NCBI RefSeq assembly: GCF_004216715.1
Contig: NZ_SGXG01000001.1
Coordinates: 4,848,922 to 4,872,921 of the forward strand
Direction of reading: 5' to 3'
From: Cecembia calidifontis
Lineage (GTDB): Bacteria > Bacteroidota > Bacteroidia > Cytophagales > Cyclobacteriaceae
DNA length: 24,000 nucleotides
Of the stretch, positions 1-8,758 are shown piece by piece. The first letter of the stretch is position 1, and the number at the start of each line of letters is the position of its first letter. The notes beneath the pieces are model-generated. The model did not search any database. It worked only from the letters and a program-made list of their open reading frames with translations, and was not told the origin of the DNA. The translations under genes and the position numbers were made by a program.

Positions 1-691
1 GACCGCAAGTGAAAAGGAAGAATTGGCGGAAATCAGATCCCAATCAGAGGCATACGCCAAGCTTGTAGCGGATTGGAGAAACAAGACTGATTTCAAAAAA
101 TTTGAGCAGGCAGCCAAAATGTTTAAAGATGCCGGAATTGAGGTTTATGCTTTTAAGCCCAATGCTTTTGGCGTAAATAATTCAGACGCCGAAGTAGCTT
201 ATGGCATGAAAGCAGCGAAAATTCTGGGTGCCAGCCATATCACCTTGGAGCATCCATCCGATGATGCTCAAACCCTCCGTCTGGGAAAACTGGGAGATAT
301 CCACAAAATGAAAGTGGGCTATCACGGACACGAGCAGCAGACTTTTACCTTTTGGGACACTTCCTTGGCACAGAGCAAAAGCAATGGACTGAACTTCGAT
401 ATTGGCCACTACATAGCAGCAGGCCATCCCGACATGATGGAACTCATCCAAAAACAACAGGCAAGAATCTGGAGCATGCACATCAAAGACCGTCAAACCC
501 CCGCTAACGGAAAAGGCAATTTAGCTTGGGGAACGGGAGATACGCCTGTTGAAGAAGTATTGAGGATGATGCGCGACAAAAAATATAAATTTCCTGCCAC
601 CATCGAGCTGGAATACCAGGTTCCGGGCAATTCTGACGCCGTTAAAGAAGTACAAAAATGCCTTGAATTCTGTAGAAAGGCCCTAGTTTAA
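1..691 (+). CDS. Sugar phosphate isomerase/epimerase (xylose isomerase-like TIM barrel), 5'-truncated by the window edge
   Basis: The frame (codons from nt 2) is open from the window edge to TAA at 689-691, so listed ORF 23..691 is only the first in-window Met. Family-like stretches are present (ITLEHPSDD, GYHGHE, NFDIGH, MHIKDR, ATIELEY). The N-terminal part presumably lies upstream. Confidence 0.7.
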   Translation, partial: TASEKEELAEIRSQSEAYAKLVADWRNKTDFKKFEQAAKMFKDAGIEVYAFKPNAFGVNNSDAEVAYGMKAAKILGASHITLEHPSDDAQTLRLGKLGDIHKMKVGYHGHEQQTFTFWDTSLAQSKSNGLNFDIGHYIAAGHPDMMELIQKQQARIWSMHIKDRQTPANGKGNLAWGTGDTPVEEVLRMMRDKKYKFPATIELEYQVPGNSDAVKEVQKCLEFCRKALV

Positions 692-719
692 TTTTACTCA
701 AATAAATTGTAAGCAATAT

Positions 720-3527
720 ATGTGCATCCCAAATCCCATGAGGTTTAGCCTGATATTTACTTTCTGCACCCTCCTGCTTTTCTCCTGTAAAGACCGCCAG
801 GATGATCCCAGCATCAAGCCCGAAGACAACCGCTTTACCAAGGTAGTCCTGACAGAAGGAATGGACGAGCCTATGGAAATGACCTTTCTACCCGGTAGAC
901 GCATCCTGTTTGTAGAAAGAAAAGGAGCGGTCAAAGTATTTGATGAAAATACAGGGGAATTGACCCAAGTGGGTTTTGTTCCTGTGAATACCAAATACAC
1001 CAACAAAGAAGGGGTGGTCAGAGAAGCAGAGGAAGGGCTGATGGGAGTAATCGCAGATCCCAATTATGAAAAAAACAACTGGATTTACATGTACTATGCA
1101 GATCCGGATGTACCCAAACATGTTTTGGCAAGATGGGAACTCAAAGGAAATGAACTGATTGAGGCTTCCAAGAAAATCCTTCTGGAAGTCCCTACCCAAA
1201 GGGAAGAATGCTGCCATACCGGCGGTGGAATGGTATTTGACAAGGATGGAAATCTTTACCTGACTACGGGTAACAATACCGTCAATCCAAGAGAAGGGAC
1301 TTCCAATTTGGATGAAAGGCCAGGGCATGAAAACTCAGATGATCAAAGGGCACCCAGCAATACCAATGACCTGAGAGGAAAAATCCTCAGGATCAAACCC
1401 GAACCTGACGGCACTTACAGCATTCCCAAGGGAAATTTATTCCCGGTGGGCATGGAAAAAACCCGTCCTGAAATCTATACCATGGGCCATCGAAATCCAT
1501 GGAGGCCAACTTTGGACAGCAAAACAGGATACCTGTATTGGGGAGAAGTGGGACCTGATGCAGTTACTGATTCCATTTGGGGCCCTAAAGGTTATGATGA
1601 ATTTAATCAGGCCAAAGGCCCCGGATTTTTTGGCTGGCCTTATTTTATTGGTGATAACCAAGCTTATACCAGACATGACTATGAGACCAATACCTATGGG
1701 GAACCCTATGATGTCAATAACCCTGTCAACGAATCTGTCAACAACACAGGATTGAAAGAACTCCCCCCTCCTATCCCGGCCATGATTTGGTATCCTTATG
1801 GCGTCTCAGAAGAATTCCCTATGCTGGGAAGTTCCGGCCGTTCCGCTACAGGAGGACCTGTTTTTAGAAAAACAGATTTCAAAAAAGATGCACCATTTGT
1901 CTTTCCGGCTTACTATGAGGGCAAATGGTTGATCGTGGACTTTATGCGTGGCTGGATCATGGCCGTGACCATGGATAATAATGGGGATTATGTCTCTATG
2001 GAGCGATTTTTGCCCAATGAAACCTTTAGTTCTGCAATAGACATGGATTTTGGTCCTGATGGCGCGCTCTACATCCTGGAATATGGCTCTGCCTGGTTCC
2101 GTGGCAACCCCAATTCCAGGATTGTGAAAATCGAATACAATGGCGGTAACCGAAAGCCAATTGTACAGGCTTCTGCTGATAAAAATGCCGGGGCTGTGCC
2201 TTTTACCGCTCATCTATCCGCTGAAGGCACACTGGATTATGATTCCTATGATCAGGGAAAATTAAAATATGAATGGAAGATCCTTTCAGACAAGGGCACA
2301 CAAACGCTTTTGAAAGAAAAAAACCCTTCTTTTAATTTCAATGAAGCCGGAACCTATCAGGTGACATTAACGGTGACGGACACCAAAGGGGAGCAAAACA
2401 GCGCCGGATTCCAGATCTTTGCAGGTAACGAACCCCCACAGGTAAAAATTGAATTTTCAGGAAACAGGACATTCTATTTTGGACAACCTGAAATCCAATA
2501 TGCTGTAATGGTTTCGGACAAGGAAGACGGATCTACCCAAGAGGGAAAAATCAAGGCAGAAGAAGTCGCCATTACCTTTGATTATGTACCATCCGGATTT
2601 GATCCGATTGAAATAGCTTCCAAGCAAAGCGGAGCAGAAACCATGGCTATCCTGAACCTAGGAAAAAATCTGATCGAAGGCAGTGATTGCAAATCATGTC
2701 ACCAATATGACAAATCATCCATAGGTCCAAGCTATGTGGCCGTGGCGGAAAAGTATGCTAAAACACCGGGTAACATCGAATATTTGGTGGATAAAATCCT
2801 CAATGGGGGCAGCGGCGTATGGGGTGACCATGGAATGAGCGCCCATCCCGAACTCAGTGAGGCAGATGCCAAAAGAATGGTGGACTTTATCCTTAGTATG
2901 AATGAAGTGAAACCAACTGTAATTCCTTTGCCACTAAGCGGTAGCATCAAACCGGAAATTCCTGATGGAGAAGATGGGCAGGGAAGTTTCCTTCTGAGGG
3001 CTTCCTATACCGACAAAGGAGCAGGCCAAATTGCTTCCCTAAGTGGAGTGGATTTTGTAGCGCTTAAAAACCCATATGTAGACCCTCAGTCAGCAGAGAT
3101 CAGAAAGGGAGTCAATTTATTGACCACACCAAGCATCAATTTCTTTATGGTGGGAGATCAGTCCCACATCGGTTTCAAATCCATTGACCTGACTGGCGTG
3201 GAAGCTATCAACATCTTTGTCAATGTGAGCCCAAGAAATGGAGCTGTGGGAGGAATTATTGAAGCCAGGTTGGGTAGTCCGGAGGGTGAAATAATCGGTC
3301 AATCCCCAAAAATGGAACCCTTGAACCAGGGCTTCAGAAGGCCACCAGCAGGTATGAACCCCATTCAATGGCGTAGGGAAAACACCCCTCAAGCGAAGAT
3401 CAAAATCAAGAAAACCCATGGATTACAGGATGTTTTCTTTATCTTCAGAAACACTGACGCAGGCAAGGAAGATATCCTGATGAGTGTGGCTGAAATCCAA
3501 TTTTCCAATAAAGACTCCCAAGATTAA
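720..3527 (+). CDS. Multidomain lipoprotein: PQQ-type glucose/sorbosone dehydrogenase beta-propeller + PKD domain + class I cytochrome c + C-terminal CBM6-like domain
   Basis: 935-aa ORF. GSDH-family motifs are present (HTGGGMVFDKDGNLYLTTGN, RGKILRIKPEPDG, EIYTMGHRNPW). A PKD-like segment follows (GTYQVTLTVTDTKGE). The heme-binding CKSCH sits at nt 2688-2702 with a downstream Met (HGMSAHP). The C-terminal IEARLGSPEGEIIG...DVFFIF pattern is typical of CBM6/35-like modules. The N-terminus has a lipobox (LLLFSC). The true start may be Met7 at nt 738 (MRFSLIF...). Confidence 0.85.
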   Translation: MCIPNPMRFSLIFTFCTLLLFSCKDRQDDPSIKPEDNRFTKVVLTEGMDEPMEMTFLPGRRILFVERKGAVKVFDENTGELTQVGFVPVNTKYTNKEGVVREAEEGLMGVIADPNYEKNNWIYMYYADPDVPKHVLARWELKGNELIEASKKILLEVPTQREECCHTGGGMVFDKDGNLYLTTGNNTVNPREGTSNLDERPGHENSDDQRAPSNTNDLRGKILRIKPEPDGTYSIPKGNLFPVGMEKTRPEIYTMGHRNPWRPTLDSKTGYLYWGEVGPDAVTDSIWGPKGYDEFNQAKGPGFFGWPYFIGDNQAYTRHDYETNTYGEPYDVNNPVNESVNNTGLKELPPPIPAMIWYPYGVSEEFPMLGSSGRSATGGPVFRKTDFKKDAPFVFPAYYEGKWLIVDFMRGWIMAVTMDNNGDYVSMERFLPNETFSSAIDMDFGPDGALYILEYGSAWFRGNPNSRIVKIEYNGGNRKPIVQASADKNAGAVPFTAHLSAEGTLDYDSYDQGKLKYEWKILSDKGTQTLLKEKNPSFNFNEAGTYQVTLTVTDTKGEQNSAGFQIFAGNEPPQVKIEFSGNRTFYFGQPEIQYAVMVSDKEDGSTQEGKIKAEEVAITFDYVPSGFDPIEIASKQSGAETMAILNLGKNLIEGSDCKSCHQYDKSSIGPSYVAVAEKYAKTPGNIEYLVDKILNGGSGVWGDHGMSAHPELSEADAKRMVDFILSMNEVKPTVIPLPLSGSIKPEIPDGEDGQGSFLLRASYTDKGAGQIASLSGVDFVALKNPYVDPQSAEIRKGVNLLTTPSINFFMVGDQSHIGFKSIDLTGVEAINIFVNVSPRNGAVGGIIEARLGSPEGEIIGQSPKMEPLNQGFRRPPAGMNPIQWRRENTPQAKIKIKKTHGLQDVFFIFRNTDAGKEDILMSVAEIQFSNKDSQD

Positions 3528-3550
3528 TCTCTTCTGATAATAACCCTTAT

Positions 3551-3590
3551 CCCCTGATTTGAATACTTCAAGTCAGGGGCTTAAATTTTC
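3551..3590 (+). terminator. Intrinsic terminator-like hairpin after the dehydrogenase gene
   Basis: A 13-bp stem pairs 3551-3563 with 3567-3579 (one G-U wobble) around a 3-nt loop. It starts with CCCCTGA and ends with TCAGGGG. A T-rich tail CTTAAATTTT follows. Confidence 0.55.
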
Positions 3591-3614
3591 AGGGAATCCA
3601 TAAAAACAACCATA

Positions 3615-4496
3615 ATGATGAAAGCCGTTTTTTTCCTTTACTTCTTGTTTCTTTCAAGCCTCGGGTTACACGCCCAAAGCAGCATTAAGCTATATGCTGG
3701 AAAGGCCACCGGTTCTGAAGAATGGACCTGGACAGAAAAAGTAATTACCCCATCTCCTGGCAACCGCATCCTCTTTGATGTATCGGAACCGGAATTGTTG
3801 CATTTTCCCGCACCAAAGGATAATGCCAATGGCACAGCCATAATCGTAGCTCCCGGAGGCGCATTTCATATTTTATCCATAGACAATGAAGGTATCAGGA
3901 TAGCTGAATGGTTAAACGGATTAGGTATTTCGGCTTTTGTGTTGAAATACAGATTGGTAAAAAGTAAAACCGATAACCCTTTTGAAACCTTAATGCCCTT
4001 AATGCAGGACAAGGATAAACTTGACTCCATCAATGCCCCTGTCGTGGAAATGGCCAAAAATGATGGAATTGAGGCTATGAAATATCTCAGGACCAATGCC
4101 GATGAATTGGGCATAGATCCCCAAAAAATCGGGTTTATGGGTTTTTCGGCTGGAGGAACTGTCACGATGTCTGTAGCATTAAGTGCTCCTGAAGAATGGA
4201 AACCTGATTTTCTGGCTCCGGTTTACCTTTACAGAAAAGCAGTTATAGGCTCGTTAATGCCGCAGAAAAAGACCCCGATTTTCGTGGCTGTTGCTTCTGA
4301 TGATGAGCTGGACTTTATGCCCCACAGTGTATCCCTCTATCAGGATTGGTTTGCAGCAGGCCATCCTTCAGAATTGCATGTGTATGAAAATGGCGGACAT
4401 GGATTTGGATTTGCGAAAAAAGGAACAAGCTCAGACCAATGGACAATTAATTTTGAACATTGGCTCCGGATTAGAGGGCTTATTGATAAGCCATAA
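3615..4496 (+). CDS. Secreted alpha/beta hydrolase (esterase/lipase-like)
   Basis: 293-aa ORF with a signal peptide (MMKAVFFLYFLFLSSLGLHAQS). It has the nucleophile elbow GFSAGG (GxSxG), an acidic ASDDE segment and a C-terminal GGHGF histidine, consistent with a Ser-Asp-His triad. Confidence 0.8.
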   Translation: MMKAVFFLYFLFLSSLGLHAQSSIKLYAGKATGSEEWTWTEKVITPSPGNRILFDVSEPELLHFPAPKDNANGTAIIVAPGGAFHILSIDNEGIRIAEWLNGLGISAFVLKYRLVKSKTDNPFETLMPLMQDKDKLDSINAPVVEMAKNDGIEAMKYLRTNADELGIDPQKIGFMGFSAGGTVTMSVALSAPEEWKPDFLAPVYLYRKAVIGSLMPQKKTPIFVAVASDDELDFMPHSVSLYQDWFAAGHPSELHVYENGGHGFGFAKKGTSSDQWTINFEHWLRIRGLIDKP

Positions 4497-4599
4497 AATG
4501 ATAAAGTAAGGTTTGAAATTTATCCAACCTTCAGCAAATCCTATTTGCCAAATCATTGATTATGACTACCTTGTCTTATCACCAGTTCAGGTAAGCCTT

Positions 4600-5571
4600 A
4601 TGCAAACAGGTTATGAAAATACAAAGGATAAAATAGATGGTTCTGATGACTTACCCGGTAACCCTACCACTTCCGTCAACGGCAGCAACCGTCTCAATGA
4701 CAGATCAAATGGGAAACCCTTAAGGATACTCAGCGAGGAAGATTGGCAATTTTGGATCCAGAATGGTTATGTTGTCATCAAAAATGCAGTCCCCAAATCT
4801 CAGGTAAAAGATACAGCAGATTTTCTGTGGGAATTTGAAGACAAGGATCCCAACAATCCCGATACCTGGTATAAAAACCCCTACAATGAAATGGAAATGA
4901 AGGAATTGGTAGGGACCGGGATGGTGGAAGTGTACAATCATCAACATCTCTGGAACAACCGGCAAATGCCGAAAATCTATCATGCCTTTGTGGATATTTG
5001 GGGTACTGAAAAGCTATGGGTGACAATCGATCGGGCCAACTTAAATTTCCCAATCCGGCCCGGCCATGAATACAAGGCTTTCATCCATTGGGATTATGAC
5101 CCGGAAACCAGGCCTCAAAATGTACAGGGTGTACTGGCATTGGCAGACCAAACGGATGAAAACATGGGTGGATTTCAGTGTATCCCTGAACTTTACCGGG
5201 AGTATGAGACATGGAAACTTACCCAGCCAACTGATAGAAACCGCTTCCTTCCTGATATCAGCGGTATGGAAGACAAGATTGTCAAAGTCAAACTTGAAGC
5301 AGGTGATTTATTGATTTTCAACAGTTTGCTGCCCCATGGCATCCGTGCCAACCGATCCGATAAAGTCAGGATGGCGCAGTATATCTCGATGGTGCCCGCT
5401 GAGGAGGAGAATGATCTTCTTAGAGAATGGCGCATCAATTCCTGGAAAAACCGTACAGCCCCTACAGGATATGCATTTCCGGGAGATCCAAGAAACTGGG
5501 AACAGACCAGATATGAAACAGCTGTTTTATCACCTTTGGGCAGGAAATTACTTGGACTGGATAGGTGGTGA
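4600..5571 (+). CDS. Phytanoyl-CoA dioxygenase (PhyH)-family Fe(II)/2-oxoglutarate oxygenase
   Basis: The ORF track starts at TTG 4513. The first ATG in frame is at 4600 (MQTGYEN...) and I prefer it. The HxD motif (IHWDYD), a distal His (LLPHGIRAN) and an Arg (KVRMAQY) fit the PhyH facial triad and 2OG-binding pattern. Confidence 0.7.
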   Translation: MQTGYENTKDKIDGSDDLPGNPTTSVNGSNRLNDRSNGKPLRILSEEDWQFWIQNGYVVIKNAVPKSQVKDTADFLWEFEDKDPNNPDTWYKNPYNEMEMKELVGTGMVEVYNHQHLWNNRQMPKIYHAFVDIWGTEKLWVTIDRANLNFPIRPGHEYKAFIHWDYDPETRPQNVQGVLALADQTDENMGGFQCIPELYREYETWKLTQPTDRNRFLPDISGMEDKIVKVKLEAGDLLIFNSLLPHGIRANRSDKVRMAQYISMVPAEEENDLLREWRINSWKNRTAPTGYAFPGDPRNWEQTRYETAVLSPLGRKLLGLDRW

Positions 5572-5880
5572 GGATTAAATCTTCAGGAATCTATTACGAT
5601 ACATTTTTAGGCTTTGATCTTTTTACACAGGGGTTTTCCCCGGGCTAACACAGATCGGCCCTTCAGGCCTTTACCCGTTTTTGTGTTCCCAAATCCGACC
5701 TTCGACATCCCACTTTCGAAATCCATCTTCTTAATGAAACCCTTAATTTCTGAACTTCCTAATGGTTTAAAATCCGACTTCAAAGTTCCGAAATCCGACT
5801 TTCGACCCCCCCCTTTTTACTTTTGCCTTTTTACTTGGCTCTTATTCACATTCCCACCCTACATCCTGGCCCCTCGCTAA

Positions 5881-5903
5881 ATTAGTCAACTGGACTAATT
5901 TTT
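5881..5903 (-). terminator. Weak hairpin directly after the sulfatase stop codon
   Basis: A perfect 7-bp stem ATTAGTC/GACTAAT (5881-5887/5893-5899) encloses a 5-nt loop. It abuts the minus-strand stop at 5902-5904. The stem is AT-rich and the minus-strand U-tail is short, so support is low. Confidence 0.3.
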
Positions 5904-7596
5904 AACGCTCGGTCCCCCTTTCCCGCCTCTGCATAATCTCATAGGCCTTTTCTTTACTTACCCCAAATACTTTCCCATCCAGGGCATCTTTCATAAATTC
6001 ATCGATATAGCGCTGAGAGATAGCGGTATTGTCCTGGTATTTTTCCCTAAGTGCCGCAAGTCTTCGGTGAAGATCTGCTTTGATTTCTACATAGGCCGGA
6101 TCATCATAAAAATTTTTTAACTCCAGGGGATCCTTATTTCTATCCAATAATTCCCACTGATCTTCCACGTAATAATAATGCACCAATTTGTAATCTTTGG
6201 TCACGATGGCATAGTGCCTATTGACCATGTGTTCGGCTGGGTACTCATAATAATGGTAATATACTGCATCCCGAGTCCATTTATCATTCTGCCCTGTGAG
6301 AATAGGAATCAGGCTCTCTCCCTGCATGTCCGAGGGAGCTTGGATACCTGCAGCCTCCAGGAATGTTTGGGCAAAATCAAGATTCTGAACCAATTCATCT
6401 GATCGGGAACCTGCTTTTACTTTTCCTGGCCAGGATATCAGGAGAGGTGTCTTAAAGGACTCATCATAAATAAATCGCTTGTCGTACCAACCATGCTCTC
6501 CCAAATAAAAACCTTGGTCCGAGGTATACACGATGATGGTATTTTCCATCAGGCCATTGGCTTCTAAATAATCTAACAAGCGGCCCATATTTTCATCTAC
6601 CGCCTGTATGGTTCCCAGATAATCCTGCATGTAGCGTTGGTATTTCCAGCGCATTTTCTCCTCATCTGTCATGCTAGGATAAACCTTGGCAAAAGCTTCA
6701 TTTACTTTGCCATAAGCTCTCCTGAAATTCTCCATTTGTGAAGCATCAAACCGGCTGTATTCAAATTCATACCTGGGCTTATCAAAGCCAATTTCTGGAA
6801 TCCCCAATTCATCCATCAATTCAGGAAAAACCTTATGGTCCCCCGCCCAGCTCATGTGCTTCAGGATATTCATTTCAGCTTCTGCTGCCGGGGAAGTCCT
6901 ACCACTATAATCATCAAAGAGCGTGGCAGGCTCTGGAAAGGTCCGGTTGGTAAATTCCTCCAAATGCCTTTCCGCCATCAACCAAGACCTATGAGGAGCC
7001 TTATGCAGGTACATCAATAAGAATGGCTGGTCTTCTTTGCGCTCATTTCCCAACCAATACAAGGTCATATCGGTGATAATGTCTGTCACGTAACCATTGA
7101 CAGTAATATTGCCTTCATACTTGGTAATGAATTCAGGATTGTAATAGGCCCCTTGGCCGGGAAGGATTTTAAACTGGTCAAAGCCCTTGGGATTGTTGCC
7201 AAAATGTAATTTTCCGAACATGGCTGTCTGGTAACCGGCCTGTTGGAGAATTTGTGGAAAGGTGATATTCGTAGTATCAAAATGGAAATGGTTATCCACT
7301 TTACCGTTGAGGTGGGAATGCTTACCTGTAAGTATGGTAGCCCGGGATGGGGCACAGATCGAATTGGTCACACTGGCATTGGTAAACAACATGCCCATGC
7401 TGGCCAGTCTGTCGATGTTTGGCGTTTGGATCAATCGCTTATCATAAGCAGATATCGCCTGATAGGCATGATCATCTGACATGATAAAAATAATATTGGG
7501 TCTTTTGGAGACTATCGTTTCAGAGGGTTTGGGGCTACAGGCCAAGATCAAAATCAACAAGGTTAGCACCCAATTGAATTTCATAGAAATCTTCAT
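5902..7596 (-). CDS. Formylglycine-dependent sulfatase (S1 family), lipoprotein
   Basis: 564-aa ORF. The signature C-A-P-S-R lies at nt 7342-7356 in the context NSICAPSRATILTGKH. SDDHAY lies near the N-terminus. A lipoprotein-type signal is present (LILILACS). An alternative start is Met5 at 7584. Confidence 0.9.
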   Translation of the reverse strand: MKISMKFNWVLTLLILILACSPKPSETIVSKRPNIIFIMSDDHAYQAISAYDKRLIQTPNIDRLASMGMLFTNASVTNSICAPSRATILTGKHSHLNGKVDNHFHFDTTNITFPQILQQAGYQTAMFGKLHFGNNPKGFDQFKILPGQGAYYNPEFITKYEGNITVNGYVTDIITDMTLYWLGNERKEDQPFLLMYLHKAPHRSWLMAERHLEEFTNRTFPEPATLFDDYSGRTSPAAEAEMNILKHMSWAGDHKVFPELMDELGIPEIGFDKPRYEFEYSRFDASQMENFRRAYGKVNEAFAKVYPSMTDEEKMRWKYQRYMQDYLGTIQAVDENMGRLLDYLEANGLMENTIIVYTSDQGFYLGEHGWYDKRFIYDESFKTPLLISWPGKVKAGSRSDELVQNLDFAQTFLEAAGIQAPSDMQGESLIPILTGQNDKWTRDAVYYHYYEYPAEHMVNRHYAIVTKDYKLVHYYYVEDQWELLDRNKDPLELKNFYDDPAYVEIKADLHRRLAALREKYQDNTAISQRYIDEFMKDALDGKVFGVSKEKAYEIMQRRERGTER

Positions 7597-7739
7597 AGAT
7601 AAAAGGCAGCGTGGTTTAGCTTAAATGTAAAAAACAAAACCCGCATTTATCCGATAAGCATAAAATTTTATACAGGTGGCTGGGCAAACTTATTCCCAAA
7701 AATGCGCTTTATTTGCAAAATCTTTCTCCAACCTAACCT

Positions 7740-8696
7740 ATGTCTTCTGCTACAGACCGTCAGATCATTTCCGGCTTTATCATGGCCCTGTCTGCTGCCA
7801 TATTCTGGGGTATCTCCGGTACCTGTGCCCAATTTTTATTTGAACAAAGAAATGTAGATCCTGCCTGGTTGGTATCCTGGAGGATGTTAATTGCTGGATT
7901 AATCCTTGTAACTTTTGCCATCGTCAGGAAAAATTCAGATGTATGGAAAATCTGGAGAAAGCCTCAGGATGCGGTTCAGGTCCTGCTTTTTGGTATTTTA
8001 GGGATGGTAGCCGTTCAGTTTACCTACTTTTACAGCATCAGCCTATCCAATGCGGCTACGGCAACAGTTTTGCAGTACATAGGCCCCGTGTTTGTAGTGG
8101 CATTTTATGCCGTCAAAAACAGGCGATGGCCCATTTTCATGGAATACCTGGCCTTGATTTTGGCGTTGACAGGCACTTTCCTCTTGGTTACCCATGGAAC
8201 TTGGGACAGTTTGGTCATCTCTGAAGCAGCAGTATTTTGGGGTATTCTGTCTGCTATTGCTTTGGCTTTCTACACCATTCAGCCAGTTCAATTGCTGAGA
8301 AGGTATTCCGCTCCGACTGTCACAGGGTGGGGAATGTTGATTGGAGGGATTTCGTTTTCCATTTACACCAATCCTTGGGAAAGTTCAGGGCTTTGGGATT
8401 TGGGGACATGGGCAGCTTTTTCTTACATCATCCTGTTTGGCACAGTCATTTCTTTTTCCATTTTCCTTGCTTCCCTGAATTTCATCGGCGCACAAACAGC
8501 CAGTTTGCTTTGCTCGGTTGAGCCACTTTCCGCTGCCCTAACCGCGGTGATTTGGTTAAATCTTCAGTTCACGTTCATGGATTGGTTGGGCACTTTCGTC
8601 ATCATTATTACCGTGGTCATACTCACCTTGGCCAAAAAGGTCAAAAAAAGTAAATTACCCATTACGCCAGTAGAAAGGCCTCTCAGCCCTTCTTAG
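7740..8696 (+). CDS. EamA/DMT-family transporter
   Basis: 318-aa ORF that is hydrophobic throughout, with about 10 predicted TM segments in two similar halves, typical of the drug/metabolite transporter superfamily. The substrate cannot be read from sequence. Confidence 0.8.
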   Translation: MSSATDRQIISGFIMALSAAIFWGISGTCAQFLFEQRNVDPAWLVSWRMLIAGLILVTFAIVRKNSDVWKIWRKPQDAVQVLLFGILGMVAVQFTYFYSISLSNAATATVLQYIGPVFVVAFYAVKNRRWPIFMEYLALILALTGTFLLVTHGTWDSLVISEAAVFWGILSAIALAFYTIQPVQLLRRYSAPTVTGWGMLIGGISFSIYTNPWESSGLWDLGTWAAFSYIILFGTVISFSIFLASLNFIGAQTASLLCSVEPLSAALTAVIWLNLQFTFMDWLGTFVIIITVVILTLAKKVKKSKLPITPVERPLSPS

Positions 8697-8758
8697 ACAC
8701 AATGGACTGCTGAAAAATATTAATCAGGAAATCACCTTTTTCCCCTGACCCAGAAAAA

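Noticed and set aside
4513-4599. TTG start at 4513 for the PhyH-like gene
   Set aside because: The added 29 residues (KFIQPSANPICQIIDYDYLVLSPVQVSL) have no family resemblance. The first in-frame ATG at 4600 gives a protein of typical PhyH size. This remains uncertain without homologue alignment.
5691-5805. tRNA T-arm remnants or an att-site scar suggested by TTCGAAATCC-like strings
   Set aside because: The similarity to GGTTCGAATCC is partial, with an extra A. No acceptor or anticodon arms are present, and no integrase or other mobile-element genes are nearby.
5614-5880. 88-aa plus-strand ORF in the PhyH/sulfatase spacer
   Set aside because: The sequence is low-complexity and Pro/Phe/Leu-rich. 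It arises from C/T-rich, stop-poor DNA containing short repeats. It starts with a non-ATG codon in the track and has no protein-like features.
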